DNA of 64,000 nucleotides from Acutalibacteraceae bacterium. GTDB taxonomy: Bacteria; Bacillota; Clostridia; Oscillospirales; Acutalibacteraceae. Each line of letters starts with the position of its first letter. Positions within the stretch are counted from its first letter, which is position 1. Below are positions 21,193 to 31,186 of the stretch, piece after piece. The notes beneath the pieces were generated by a model, which ran no database searches, was not told where the DNA came from, and was given only the letters and a program-made list of their open reading frames with translations. The translations under genes and the position numbers were made by a program. The stretch spans positions 57,332 through 121,331 of the forward strand of contig JAZPYL010000064.1 in assembly GCA_045544175.1 (NCBI GenBank). Direction: 5' to 3'.

Positions 21193-22092
21193 TTAGACGA
21201 ATTTAATTTCTGTTTCAAGTTCTACAGAAAACTTTTCTTTTACAGTTTTCTGACAGTATTTTATGAGTTCAACAACATCGGTTGTTGTAGCATTTTCATA
21301 ATTAATTATAAAGCCTGCGTGCTTCTCACTTACCATAGCACCACCGATTCTTTTGCCTTTAAGCCCGCTCTGTTCAATAAGAGCACCGGCAAAATATCCC
21401 GTCGGGCGTTTAAAGACACTGCCTGCACTGGGATATTCAAGAGGCTGCTTTTCCTTGCGTCTTGAAAAAATATCCTTCATTGTACTTTCTATTTCTTCTT
21501 TTATACCTTTAGAAAGGCTGAAAACAACGCTTGTTACAATGTAACCGCCTTCAGAGTAAACGCTGTGTCTGTAAGAAAAATCAAGCAGATCACCTTCAAA
21601 GGAACCTTTTTCACCGTTCAAAGAAATATGGTTGCATTTTACTGCAACATCTTTCATTTCACCGCCGTATGCACCTGCATTCATATATGCTGCTCCGCCA
21701 ACAGAGCCGGGGATGCCGTAGGCAAATTCAAGACCCGTGAGAGATTTTGAAAGAGCATACTTGCAGGCTGAAGCAAGACTTGCACCTGCACCGATTTCAA
21801 AGGTACATTCATCAATATCCTTTACCGAATCAAAATCAGATCCTATATAAATCACTGCTTTATCTGAAATTCCTTCATCACTTACAAGAAGATTACTACC
21901 GTTACCGAGAACAAAAATATCAATCGATTTCTCATTGCAAGCGGTTATTACTTCATTAAGCTCATTTTCATCTTTCGGTATAATGAACACTTTAGCAGGG
22001 CCACCCGTTTTAAAGGTAGTGTGAAGCTTCATCGGCTCATCAGTTTTATATGAAATCCCTTTACTTTCAAGAACACTGATTAAACTGTTCAA
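21193..22092 (-). CDS. murB: UDP-N-acetylenolpyruvoylglucosamine reductase
   Basis: 299 aa, FAD-binding GNGSNLL and MurB C-terminal domain. TTG start preceded by GGAGG. Confidence 0.92.
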   Translation of the reverse strand: MNSLISVLESKGISYKTDEPMKLHTTFKTGGPAKVFIIPKDENELNEVITACNEKSIDIFVLGNGSNLLVSDEGISDKAVIYIGSDFDSVKDIDECTFEIGAGASLASACKYALSKSLTGLEFAYGIPGSVGGAAYMNAGAYGGEMKDVAVKCNHISLNGEKGSFEGDLLDFSYRHSVYSEGGYIVTSVVFSLSKGIKEEIESTMKDIFSRRKEKQPLEYPSAGSVFKRPTGYFAGALIEQSGLKGKRIGGAMVSEKHAGFIINYENATTTDVVELIKYCQKTVKEKFSVELETEIKFV

Positions 22093-22110
22093 AGGATAAC
22101 CTCCAAATAA

Positions 22111-23070
22111 TTAATATGAAACAAGAGCTGCACCGATAATACCGGCATCGTTGCCGAGAGTTGCTCTGCAAATCTCAGTCTGCTTTTCCTGCTGTTTACT
22201 GTATCTCCATTTAGCAACGTACTCTCTGATAGGATTAAGAAGAGTGTCCCCTTCATTACATATACCGCCGCCGAAGCAAAGCATTTCGGGTTGAAAACCG
22301 TTTATTACGTTAACAGTACCGACAGCAACATATTTTATATAATTATCGACAACCTGTGTGCCGATTTTATCGCCTGCGCGCATAGCATCAAAAGCTGTTC
22401 TGCCACCGGCTTTTTCAATATCTCCGCCGCAAAGCTCCCACATTTTGCTTTCTTTGTGCTCAAGCATTGCTGCTTTTGTCTGATTGACGAGAGCTGTAGC
22501 AGATGCATATCTTTCCCAGCAGCCGACTCTTCCGCAATTGCATTCTTCACCGTCAAATTTAATTACAACGTGACCAAGTTCGCCGCCTGCTCCGTTGCAA
22601 CCGGTAAGTATTTTACCGTCAAGGACAATACCGCTTCCTACGCCTGTACCCAGTGTAATAGCAATAAAGCTTTCCTTTCCGACACCTGAGCCTGCGAGAG
22701 CTTCGCCAAGGGCCGCACAATTGGCATCGTTTTCGATGTGAACCTTAACACCGGGGATTTTCTCATTAACATACTCAACCGCAGGAACATTATAAAAATC
22801 AAGGTTGTTAGCGTAAATAATTACGCCGTTTTCCTGGTCACATGAACCTGGGGTACCGATACCGATTGATTCAACCTCAGACATATCAATATTCGCATTT
22901 TCAACAGCTTGAAAAATGCATTTTACTATATCATCAAATATTTCTTTAGCAGGACGGGGCATATTGGTTTTTGTTTTCCCCCTGCCTATGATTTCATATT
23001 TATCGTTAATAACGCCTACGGCAATATTTGTTCCGCCCAAATCTACACCAATTTTATACATATCTTTCAC
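22111..23070 (-). CDS. glcK: ROK-family glucokinase
   Basis: 319 aa with GVDLGGTNIAVG, the ROK Zn motif CNCGRVGCWE and GHV. Confidence 0.8.
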   Translation of the reverse strand: MKDMYKIGVDLGGTNIAVGVINDKYEIIGRGKTKTNMPRPAKEIFDDIVKCIFQAVENANIDMSEVESIGIGTPGSCDQENGVIIYANNLDFYNVPAVEYVNEKIPGVKVHIENDANCAALGEALAGSGVGKESFIAITLGTGVGSGIVLDGKILTGCNGAGGELGHVVIKFDGEECNCGRVGCWERYASATALVNQTKAAMLEHKESKMWELCGGDIEKAGGRTAFDAMRAGDKIGTQVVDNYIKYVAVGTVNVINGFQPEMLCFGGGICNEGDTLLNPIREYVAKWRYSKQQEKQTEICRATLGNDAGIIGAALVSY

Positions 23071-23073
23071 CTC

Positions 23074-24042
23074 TTAAAAATTTCCCCAGATTTTAAGTTC
23101 TTCTTCCTGAGGCATTATATCATCTGCCATACCGAGATTATGCATTAACTCTCTTGCGGCATTATAACCCATTTTCTTCTGTCTGTTATTCATTGCGGCA
23201 ACCTCAATAATTACTGCAAGGTTTCTGCCGGGCTTTACAGGCACAACAGTGTGAGGCACATTTACACCGAGGATTTCTGTATATTCGTTATCCATACCCA
23301 TTCGGTCATAAACCTTTTCACTGTCCCAAGGCTCAAGCTCAATAACCATATCGATTTTTTCAGCAAGCTTAACAGCACCCATACCGAAGATTCGTCTTGC
23401 ATTGATAATACCGATGCCTCTCAGCTCAATAAAATGTCTTATGTTATCAGGAGCTGAACCGACGATTGTTTTTGCACCTGTCTTTTTAATTTCAACAGCA
23501 TCATCAGCGACGAGTCTGTGTCCTCTTTTAATAAGTTCAACTGCAGTTTCACTTTTACCGACACCGCTGTCCCCGAGAATAAGCACACCTTCGCCGTAAA
23601 CCTCGACGAATACACCGTGGCGGGTAATTCTCTCAGCCAGCTCAACATTAAGATAAGCTATTACCGTTGCCATTGCTCTGGAGGTAGAGTCATTACTCAG
23701 AAGAACCGGGACGTCATATTTAGGTGCAAGTTCAAGAATCTCCCGAGGGCAAGGAAGCGTTCTTGTAATAATTACACAAGCAGGGCTTCTTGACATAAAC
23801 CTTTCAACTCTTCTGTATCTCTCTTCCTCGTCATAGCTGTTTATATATTCTACCTCGGTTTTTCCGAGGAAATTAACTCGGGTGTTATCAAAAAAGTTTT
23901 CATAACCTGAAATGAACAGACCCGGTCTGTTAACATCTCGTGATGAAATCAGGATATCTGAAGGAGCCTTTGGCAAATATAAAGTTTCCATCTGTGTATC
24001 CTTAAGAAACTTTTCGAGAGAAACACTGTATTTAGCAGACAT
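23074..24042 (-). CDS. hprK: HPr kinase/phosphorylase
   Basis: P-loop GDSGVGKSETA and the conserved HprK C-domain. I prefer the ATG at 24042 (MSAKYSV..), preceded by GGAGGTGG, over the track start at 24069. Confidence 0.92.
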   Translation of the reverse strand: MSAKYSVSLEKFLKDTQMETLYLPKAPSDILISSRDVNRPGLFISGYENFFDNTRVNFLGKTEVEYINSYDEEERYRRVERFMSRSPACVIITRTLPCPREILELAPKYDVPVLLSNDSTSRAMATVIAYLNVELAERITRHGVFVEVYGEGVLILGDSGVGKSETAVELIKRGHRLVADDAVEIKKTGAKTIVGSAPDNIRHFIELRGIGIINARRIFGMGAVKLAEKIDMVIELEPWDSEKVYDRMGMDNEYTEILGVNVPHTVVPVKPGRNLAVIIEVAAMNNRQKKMGYNAARELMHNLGMADDIMPQEEELKIWGNF

Positions 24043-24167
24043 AATCCACCTCCAAGTATTACTGTACATAATTATACTTGTATATTATATAATAAAACTC
24101 AGTTTAATCGCAACAGTTTTTTAAATATTTTTTTGAAAAAACAGTTAATTTTACGATTATTTTTTTG

Positions 24168-24201
24168 CCAAATAAAAACAGACGGCGTTTTTAACCGTCT
24201 G
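24168..24201 (-). terminator. Intrinsic terminator after the U32 gene
   Basis: CAGACGG/CCGTCTG stem (24179-24185 / 24195-24201), then TTTTTATTT on the minus strand. Confidence 0.7.
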
Positions 24202-25458
24202 TTATATAATAACACGGGCTTTTTCTTCCCGTTCTTTTCTGAGAATCATCTCTTTTTCAAGATGTTCATCACATTCAAAAGAAAATTTCATCATTGCGCG
24301 ATTGGCAGCTTCAATACTATCTCCTGAATCATTTTTAAGGCTTTTCACCGTTATTCTGAAAGGCTTTTCACCTATAGGCATAGCTTCAAGCTCATCGCCC
24401 TCAAAAAATCTGTTTCTCTGTGTGCAATACGCAACGCCGTTTTCGTACTTATCGACAACAGCAACTACGTCCCATTCTCTGTTGTATCCGCCCTTATAGC
24501 TGATATTCGCATCTTCCGAAGGATCACCATAGAAAAAGCCGGTGCAGTAATCTCTGTAGCTTACACGGCGCATTTCGTCGAGAATCCACTGTTCAGGAAC
24601 ATAGTCATCAGACGGATTTTCAAAATAACCGTCTATAGCTTTTCTGTAAGCGTTGGTAACAACAGCAACGTAATATTCAGATTTTGCTCTGCCTTCAATT
24701 TTAAAACTGGTAATCCCAGCTTTAATCATTTCGGGTATATGCTCAATCATACACATATCCTTTGAATTGAGAATATATGTGCCGCCGTCGCCTTCGTAGA
24801 CAGGAAAATACTGTCCCGGACGCGTCTCTTCCATAAGAGCATATTTCCAGCGGCAAGGCTGAGCACATTCACCTCGGTTTGCATCTCTGTTCACAAGATA
24901 ATTTGAAATAAGACATCTGCCCGAAAAAGATACACACATCGCTCCGTGTACAAAGCATTCAATATCCATATCGGAAGGAATATTGTCTCTTAAAGTGCCG
25001 ATTTCTTTAAGGCTCAGCTCTCTTGCTGTTACCACTCTTTTTGCACCCATTTTATAAAACGCATTAGCAGCAGCATAGTTGACAACACCCGTCTGGGTAG
25101 ATATGTGAATTTCAATACCCGGTGCATATTTTTTTGCATATTCGAGAACACCCAAATCTGAAATGATTAACGCATCCACACCCGCCGAAACCGCGTTTTC
25201 AAGAAAAGCAGGAAGCAGCTCTATTTCATTATTTCTCGGAAGAACATTGCACGTTAAATACACCTTGACGCCGTGCTTGTGTGCAAAGCTAACAGCCTCA
25301 TGGAGCTGTTCACCGTCAAAATTGGCAGGCGCGGCTCTCATACCGAAAACCGTGCCACCGAGATAAACGGCATCTGCACCGTATTTAACAGCTGCTTTAA
25401 GTCTTTCCATATCGCCTGCCGGAGCAAGAAGCTCAGGCTTTTTAAATTCTGTAATCAT
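24202..25458 (-). CDS. Peptidase U32 family protein (collagenase-like / RNA hydroxylation family)
   Basis: 418 aa with the U32 signature region ECFVHGAMCVSFSGRCLISNY. Confidence 0.85.
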   Translation of the reverse strand: MITEFKKPELLAPAGDMERLKAAVKYGADAVYLGGTVFGMRAAPANFDGEQLHEAVSFAHKHGVKVYLTCNVLPRNNEIELLPAFLENAVSAGVDALIISDLGVLEYAKKYAPGIEIHISTQTGVVNYAAANAFYKMGAKRVVTARELSLKEIGTLRDNIPSDMDIECFVHGAMCVSFSGRCLISNYLVNRDANRGECAQPCRWKYALMEETRPGQYFPVYEGDGGTYILNSKDMCMIEHIPEMIKAGITSFKIEGRAKSEYYVAVVTNAYRKAIDGYFENPSDDYVPEQWILDEMRRVSYRDYCTGFFYGDPSEDANISYKGGYNREWDVVAVVDKYENGVAYCTQRNRFFEGDELEAMPIGEKPFRITVKSLKNDSGDSIEAANRAMMKFSFECDEHLEKEMILRKEREEKARVII

Positions 25459-25469
25459 TTAAAACTCCA

Positions 25470-27128
25470 TTATTGACCGTAGAGAACTTTTTTGTAATTA
25501 GCCTCGTGCTCGCTCTTGGTAGAAGCAAGATAAATTTTACCCGAATCATCGTGACAGAAATAGTAATAATTTGTGTCTGCCGGATAAAGAGCGGCTCTTA
25601 TAGCAGCAGCACCGGGGTTACAGATAGGTCCGGGAGGTAATCCGCCGTTACTGTAAGTGTTATATGAGTTGCTGTATAAGCTTTCATAGAAATCGGAGAA
25701 GACATCATAATCATCTTCGAGAGTAGAAATATAATCACTCGTCGAGTCCATATTGATAAACGGATATGTGGCCTTGTCGGAAAGTCTGTTATGAATAACT
25801 GATGAAACATCATCCATCTGTGTTGTATCGTTAGCCTCTCTCTGAATAATTGAAGCGATAGTGATTATCTCATCAACAGACATATTAAGTTCTTTGAGTC
25901 TGTCGTTATATTCATCTTTCCACTTTACTTCAAAGTTGTTGAAAAGCTTTTTAATAACCGAGCTTGCATTTTCGCCGATAAAGAAATCATAGGTATCAGG
26001 GAAAAGATAGCCTTCAGCTTTAAGATATCTGCCGTTTACCGTTCCGATATCTTCGATGAAATCATACTGACCGCCAATAATATCAAGATTAGCGTAAAGC
26101 TTATCCGCTTCGCAGACCTTATATTTTTCAAGCTTCTCAAAAATCTGTGCAATCGTCCAGCCTTCAGGGAAGGTAAGACGAACTGTGTCGCTGGAATTCA
26201 TTCTGGACGACATCATTGATTCAAGCATTGCTTCAACGCCCATATCTGCGTCGAGATAATAGTTGCCTGCTTCGTAAGCGATTTTTTTGGTTTCAACATA
26301 TTTTCCGTCTTTGTCATATATTTCAATTTCATCATAATGACGGAACTTGCAGAAAATATCAGTAATAATCGGTTGCTTTATAAGGCCGGATTCCTTGAGT
26401 GTTTTAAACACATCTTCATAATCCGATTCAGGTGCGATATACACCGATACATAACCGTCATTATCATCTTTATCAATAACAAGAATATCATTGATTGTAG
26501 TCATAGCAACGGTTGATGCAGTAACAGTGAGAATAGCAATAAAAATTACACAAACGCAAGCAACAAGTACAGAATTAATAAAATTGTACCTTCTCTTTGC
26601 GCTCATTTTTTTAGGTTTACCACCGACAGTACTATTATTTTTCACAGGTTTCTGCTTAGGTGCATTTGCATTCTGAGGCTTAGGAGCAGCCGCTTGCTTC
26701 CTGTCAACAGAAGAATTAATCTTAGGAACAACTCTTGTATGTTGAGCAGATTCCGCGGGTGCTTTCGGCTGAACTACGGGAGCTTTTGCAGGTGCTGAAG
26801 GTACTTCGCCTGAGATGCCTGCGGATTTATTCTGAATAGATTCAAGATACTCTCTGCCTGTAACATTCTGAAGCTTCGGGGATGTTTCTCTATGCTGAAC
26901 AGGTGAAAAATCGGGAATGAGATTAGCCTCTTCGGGAAGATTTACCTGAAACCTCTTAGCCCTCGGAGCTCCGCTCACTGCAGGAGCATCATTCATTGAT
27001 TTACCGCGCACAGAATTAATATTCTCACTGAAATCACCGAGCGAATTCGATTTAGAAATATGAGGCGGCTTCGGAGTTGCAGACTTGTTGTTTAAGCCAT
27101 TTTCTTCCGAGCGGAAACGATCGTCCAT
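25470..27128 (-). CDS. mltG: Endolytic murein transglycosylase MltG (YceG-like) with ~180-aa low-complexity cytoplasmic N-terminal extension
   Basis: 552 aa, single TM around residues 181-212. YceG domain with IASIIQREA and GLPPGPICNPG. Confidence 0.85.
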   Translation of the reverse strand: MDDRFRSEENGLNNKSATPKPPHISKSNSLGDFSENINSVRGKSMNDAPAVSGAPRAKRFQVNLPEEANLIPDFSPVQHRETSPKLQNVTGREYLESIQNKSAGISGEVPSAPAKAPVVQPKAPAESAQHTRVVPKINSSVDRKQAAAPKPQNANAPKQKPVKNNSTVGGKPKKMSAKRRYNFINSVLVACVCVIFIAILTVTASTVAMTTINDILVIDKDDNDGYVSVYIAPESDYEDVFKTLKESGLIKQPIITDIFCKFRHYDEIEIYDKDGKYVETKKIAYEAGNYYLDADMGVEAMLESMMSSRMNSSDTVRLTFPEGWTIAQIFEKLEKYKVCEADKLYANLDIIGGQYDFIEDIGTVNGRYLKAEGYLFPDTYDFFIGENASSVIKKLFNNFEVKWKDEYNDRLKELNMSVDEIITIASIIQREANDTTQMDDVSSVIHNRLSDKATYPFINMDSTSDYISTLEDDYDVFSDFYESLYSNSYNTYSNGGLPPGPICNPGAAAIRAALYPADTNYYYFCHDDSGKIYLASTKSEHEANYKKVLYGQ

Positions 27129-27140
27129 ATGTATTCCTCC

Positions 27141-27704
27141 TTATCTTATGCTTATAATTTCATTTTCTGTAATTATTACATTGACTTTGCAGTCATATTT
27201 ATCAAAAGGTAAAGTATCGCATAAGCATTCTTTATAACATAAGCCTATACTCTTTCCTTTGAAATTGCTTAAAAACCTGTCGTAATATCCTTTTCCGTAA
27301 CCGATACGGTATCCGTTTTTATCAAAAGCCAGTCCGGGAACAATACAAATTGAATTAGCACTGTCTTCAGCTTCAACACATTTTTCAGAATCGGGCTCCT
27401 TAATAGAATACATACCTTCAATAAGCTGATTCTGAGTATCAATAATTATGTAAAAATCCATAGAGCCGTTTGCGTCACTGCATCTCGGAACTGCAACTCC
27501 TATTCCCATTTCAAGTGCAGCAGCAATAATTGCAGACGTATCAACCTCAGAGCCCATTGAGCAGTAAACAAATACAGTATCAACATCATTGAGGTTTACA
27601 TACTCGGAAAATTTGCGAAATATACTTTCATCCTTGTCTGCAGATTTCACGGCACTTCTTACGGATTTATATTTTTTGCGAAGTTCAGCTTTGCCGGTAT
27701 TCAT
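27141..27704 (-). CDS. 5-formyltetrahydrofolate cyclo-ligase
   Basis: 187 aa with the family pattern LRKKYKSVR..., PGLAFDKNGYRIGYGKGYYDRF. Confidence 0.8.
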   Translation of the reverse strand: MNTGKAELRKKYKSVRSAVKSADKDESIFRKFSEYVNLNDVDTVFVYCSMGSEVDTSAIIAAALEMGIGVAVPRCSDANGSMDFYIIIDTQNQLIEGMYSIKEPDSEKCVEAEDSANSICIVPGLAFDKNGYRIGYGKGYYDRFLSNFKGKSIGLCYKECLCDTLPFDKYDCKVNVIITENEIISIR

Positions 27705-28243
27705 TTTGACTGAATTGCCTTTCTGATTTCATCGGATTTTTCAGATGAAACAACAGCAGATACAATCTCAAGACCAAAATCCACAGCAACACCTGCACCC
27801 TTAGCAGTAATAATTTTACCGTCTCTGACAACGTGCTTGTCGCTGATAATTGCACCCTCAAGCTCCTTTTCAAATCCGGGGTAAGCAATAGCTTCTTTAC
27901 CGCAGAGAATGCCTCTGTGACCTAAAATGGACGGAGCGGCACAGATTGCGCAAAGAAATTTGTCACTTTCAAGTGCAAAATCAATAGCCTTCTGAACAAT
28001 GGCACTGTTTTCAAGATTGACGGTTCCGGGCATTCCTCCGGGAAGAATAACTGCTTCAAGGCTTTCATTAAAAACAATTTCATCCTCAGTACAATCGCAC
28101 TCTACTTTTATATTGTGAGCACCGCATATTAATTTTGAACCGACACCGACTGTTTTAAGTTCAACGCCCGCTCTTCTTATCATATCGACAGCCGCAAGAG
28201 CTTCAACCTCTTCAAAGCCGTCGGCTAAAAAACAATAAATCAT
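27701..28243 (-). CDS. DJ-1/PfpI family protein
   Basis: 180 aa with the nucleophile elbow AICAAPSILG. Confidence 0.8.
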   Translation of the reverse strand: MIYCFLADGFEEVEALAAVDMIRRAGVELKTVGVGSKLICGAHNIKVECDCTEDEIVFNESLEAVILPGGMPGTVNLENSAIVQKAIDFALESDKFLCAICAAPSILGHRGILCGKEAIAYPGFEKELEGAIISDKHVVRDGKIITAKGAGVAVDFGLEIVSAVVSSEKSDEIRKAIQSK

Positions 28244-28255
28244 TGATAATCTCCT

Positions 28256-29089
28256 TTAATCAAGGGCGATATTCATATATACGCCGTTTTCAACAGATTT
28301 TCTGATACTTGTGTTTTCGGTATATATCATACCGAATTTAATTTTTTTACTCTGACAAAACCTACTTAAATCGTACGGTGAAGAAATTTCTGTTCCTGAT
28401 TTAAGCTTAGAAAGAAATTTCTCTGTATTATACTTGAAATTCTCTTGTGAGCTCAGATACTCTATTACCTCAGTTTTGCCTGTATCGGAAATATAATAGC
28501 TGTCAACGCTGTTTCTGTAAATATGATATCCTGCAAAATCAAGGCAGGATGCCGCATATTCCGTTTCTGACTTTTCAAAAGAGAATTTATTTCCTCCGTA
28601 TAATTTTCTTAATTCAAAATATTCATCAAAACTAATTATCTCGTCCTCGTCAAACACAGCTCTTTCTTTCTCTGTCACTGATAAATATTTATACATCAGT
28701 GATTCAAAACCGTACTTAGCGTAATAACCGTAGAGCTTATCAGATGCAGGAACAAGCGCAATATAATCAATGTTATTATTAACGATAAATTCTTCGGCTT
28801 CATTGATAAGACGAGCCATTATTCCGTTTTTTCTGTATTCAGTCAAGGTGGCAGCAGCATACAAATACCTACCGTTATATATCTTACCGTCTGATGTTAT
28901 ATTGCACTTTAAAAGATACAATGCAGAAACAACCCTGCCGTCAGAAATTTCGCCGAAAACCTCAGCAGGTACATAGCCTTTATCAAAAATCAGACTTATA
29001 TATTCATCGCTGTCGCCAAAAACCTCAGACCAGAGATTTTTCAGCGAACCGCTGTATTTTTTTGCATCAATCAGCATTTTATAAGCCAT
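28256..29089 (-). CDS. GNAT-family N-acetyltransferase (substrate unknown)
   Basis: 277 aa with the acetyl-CoA motif YRKNGIMARLINEAEEF. Confidence 0.6.
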   Translation of the reverse strand: MAYKMLIDAKKYSGSLKNLWSEVFGDSDEYISLIFDKGYVPAEVFGEISDGRVVSALYLLKCNITSDGKIYNGRYLYAAATLTEYRKNGIMARLINEAEEFIVNNNIDYIALVPASDKLYGYYAKYGFESLMYKYLSVTEKERAVFDEDEIISFDEYFELRKLYGGNKFSFEKSETEYAASCLDFAGYHIYRNSVDSYYISDTGKTEVIEYLSSQENFKYNTEKFLSKLKSGTEISSPYDLSRFCQSKKIKFGMIYTENTSIRKSVENGVYMNIALD

Positions 29090-29964
29090 GCTTCATATTT
29101 TTCGGGAAGTTTTACCGGATGATATGAAAGCTTTGCCTTTCTTAAATTTTCAAGACCGAGATCATCTTCTCTGTCGATATATTTATAATCTGAAAGCTCA
29201 TTTTCAACAAACTGCTGATTAATCATAGGGTATGCACCTCTTAAATCTGAAAAAGCCTTTTCAAAATGTACACAGAAGGTGTCTGTATTGATTTCCTCGC
29301 CCATTGCAAAAGCAACAACGTCACCGTCAACTCTGATTACTCCGCCTTTACAGTCAAGCTCTTCAAAATTTTCAAACACCTTACGGATGATTTTAAGCTC
29401 GGTTTCAAGGTCTTCAGAATAAATACTTCCGCTTTTCTCAAGCCACTTTACATTCATATCGTAGCAGTCACCGATATTTTCAGAGGACATGCTTTCATAA
29501 GACCAGTTGTAGTTTTTTCTGAAATAGGATATATGATTTCTTTTCGGCTGATATTTCTTCCCTGAAAGCCTGATAAGATCCTCGCTGGAATAAATATAGT
29601 CTTCGCCGTCACGGTCATGAAGAATATCAAACCTTTCCGGAAAAAGCTTTTCAAGCTCTGTTTTATCATCGCTGCTGATGCCGAAAATAAAGCATTCCTT
29701 TTCTTCATTCATCATTTCTTCTATGACAAGTGATAAAACTTCTTTAATGTCACCTTCGCCTACGGGATAGCAATAGCCAATAGTATCTTCAATGTAACAT
29801 TTAGTTACAAGAAACCCTTTGACTTCTGCTATAAGCAGCTTCATCTTTTCAGTATAAGAGAAAATATTTGAAAATGAGTATTCACAGGTAAGATTGTCTT
29901 TTTTTGATAACAGCTCTTTTACCCACTGCTTATCACTTAATTCGGGAGCCCGAAAATCAATCAT
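29071..29964 (-). CDS. DUF2156-type protein (fold related to the C-terminal domain of lysyl-phosphatidylglycerol synthases)
   Basis: 297 aa. N-terminus MIDFRAPELSDKQWVKELL..LTCEYSFSNIF and length fit DUF2156. Assignment from memory of the family pattern. Confidence 0.55.
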   Translation of the reverse strand: MIDFRAPELSDKQWVKELLSKKDNLTCEYSFSNIFSYTEKMKLLIAEVKGFLVTKCYIEDTIGYCYPVGEGDIKEVLSLVIEEMMNEEKECFIFGISSDDKTELEKLFPERFDILHDRDGEDYIYSSEDLIRLSGKKYQPKRNHISYFRKNYNWSYESMSSENIGDCYDMNVKWLEKSGSIYSEDLETELKIIRKVFENFEELDCKGGVIRVDGDVVAFAMGEEINTDTFCVHFEKAFSDLRGAYPMINQQFVENELSDYKYIDREDDLGLENLRKAKLSYHPVKLPEKYEAWLIKC

Positions 29965-30643
29965 TTTTTAAAAGCTTCCTTTCAACAACATTGCAAACCA
30001 TCTTAGAAATATATTCAACAGTAAAAGGTTCGCCATTTTCGCCGCATTTTATAACTTCCCACCCTAATTTTTCTGCAGCATATACCGCAGCCTTATGGCA
30101 AGAAACAAGATACTGAACATCCCGTTCGTGTACATCTTTTTTATCTTCGTCGCCTGAATATCTTTTAAGAAGTAGCTTCTGCGAAATATCCACCGGCATA
30201 TCAAGATAAATGACACAGTCGGGTTCAGGTATACCGATTTTGTTATATTCAAAATCAAAAAGCCACTGAAGATAGGCATCCCAATCATCCTCGGAGAGCT
30301 TTGTCATCTGATGGGACGCATTTGATGTTGTATATCGGTTAGCAACAGTGATTTTATCAGAGTTGTATTCCTTTTCCCAATGCTTTTTAAAGCTTGCGTA
30401 ACGGTCAACAGCATAAAAGGTTGATGCAGCATAAGCATTGACATCGGAAGGCTTGTCACCCATTTCGCCGTTCAAATACATTTTAACCAGTGTACTCGAG
30501 GGATCGTTATAATACGGTAGATCAAGCGCATAAGTTGTATAGCCCTTATTTTCAAGATATGCTGACAGTAATTCTGCCTGCGTAGCCTTTCCGCTTCCGT
30601 CAAGACCTTCAATAACAACCATTTTGCCCATAAGACACCTCAA
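29957..30643 (-). CDS. Thymidylate kinase family protein (Tmk-like)
   Basis: 228 aa with P-loop VIEGLDGSGKATQ and a DRY-like motif (AVDRYAS). Confidence 0.7.
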   Translation of the reverse strand: MRCLMGKMVVIEGLDGSGKATQAELLSAYLENKGYTTYALDLPYYNDPSSTLVKMYLNGEMGDKPSDVNAYAASTFYAVDRYASFKKHWEKEYNSDKITVANRYTTSNASHQMTKLSEDDWDAYLQWLFDFEYNKIGIPEPDCVIYLDMPVDISQKLLLKRYSGDEDKKDVHERDVQYLVSCHKAAVYAAEKLGWEVIKCGENGEPFTVEYISKMVCNVVERKLLKND

Positions 30644-30987
30644 TATGTAAGAATTACTGCAAACACCTCAAGAGTTTCATCGCCCTTGTTTGCAATTGAA
30701 TGTTCCTGACCTGAAAGACAGACACAGCTGTCACCGGGATTTAAAATCTCAGTTTTACCGTTGTCGTTATATGTAGCTGTACCTTTGATTATGTAAAAAA
30801 TTTCTTCCTCGTTTTCATGGACATGTGCGCCGATTGAAGAACCGGGCTCAAGAGTAATTGTTGCAATCAATCTTGATGCACCCTTAAACTCACCTTTGTC
30901 AAATACATTTCTGATTACAGCCTGTCCGTCACCGCCACGCATCTGAACTTTTATATCAGTAGTCATATTGCTGTTACGTTTAATCAT
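30640..30987 (-). CDS. Cupin-domain protein
   Basis: 115 aa with cupin motifs GAHVHENEEEIFYIIKG and PGDSCVCLSGQEHSIAN. Confidence 0.75.
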   Translation of the reverse strand: MIKRNSNMTTDIKVQMRGGDGQAVIRNVFDKGEFKGASRLIATITLEPGSSIGAHVHENEEEIFYIIKGTATYNDNGKTEILNPGDSCVCLSGQEHSIANKGDETLEVFAVILTY

Positions 30988-31128
30988 ATCTCTACTACCC
31001 CCATTTTACATTACTCACTATTATATCACATTTTGCTGTATAATCAATCGTTTTTTATTAAATTTTTCTTTCATTTTAGTGCTATTTTTAAAACAAATTT
31101 TAATTAAAGACAAATGGCTGATATATGA

Positions 31129-31157
31129 TTGACAAAAAGACGTATTTAGACTAAAAT
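31129..31157 (+). promoter_or_regulatory. Sigma-A type promoter of the thyX-like gene
   Basis: TTGACA (31129-31134), 17 nt, TAAAAT (31152-31157). Confidence 0.55.
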
Positions 31158-31186
31158 ATAAAAGAATATATTACTTACCAAAGGAA

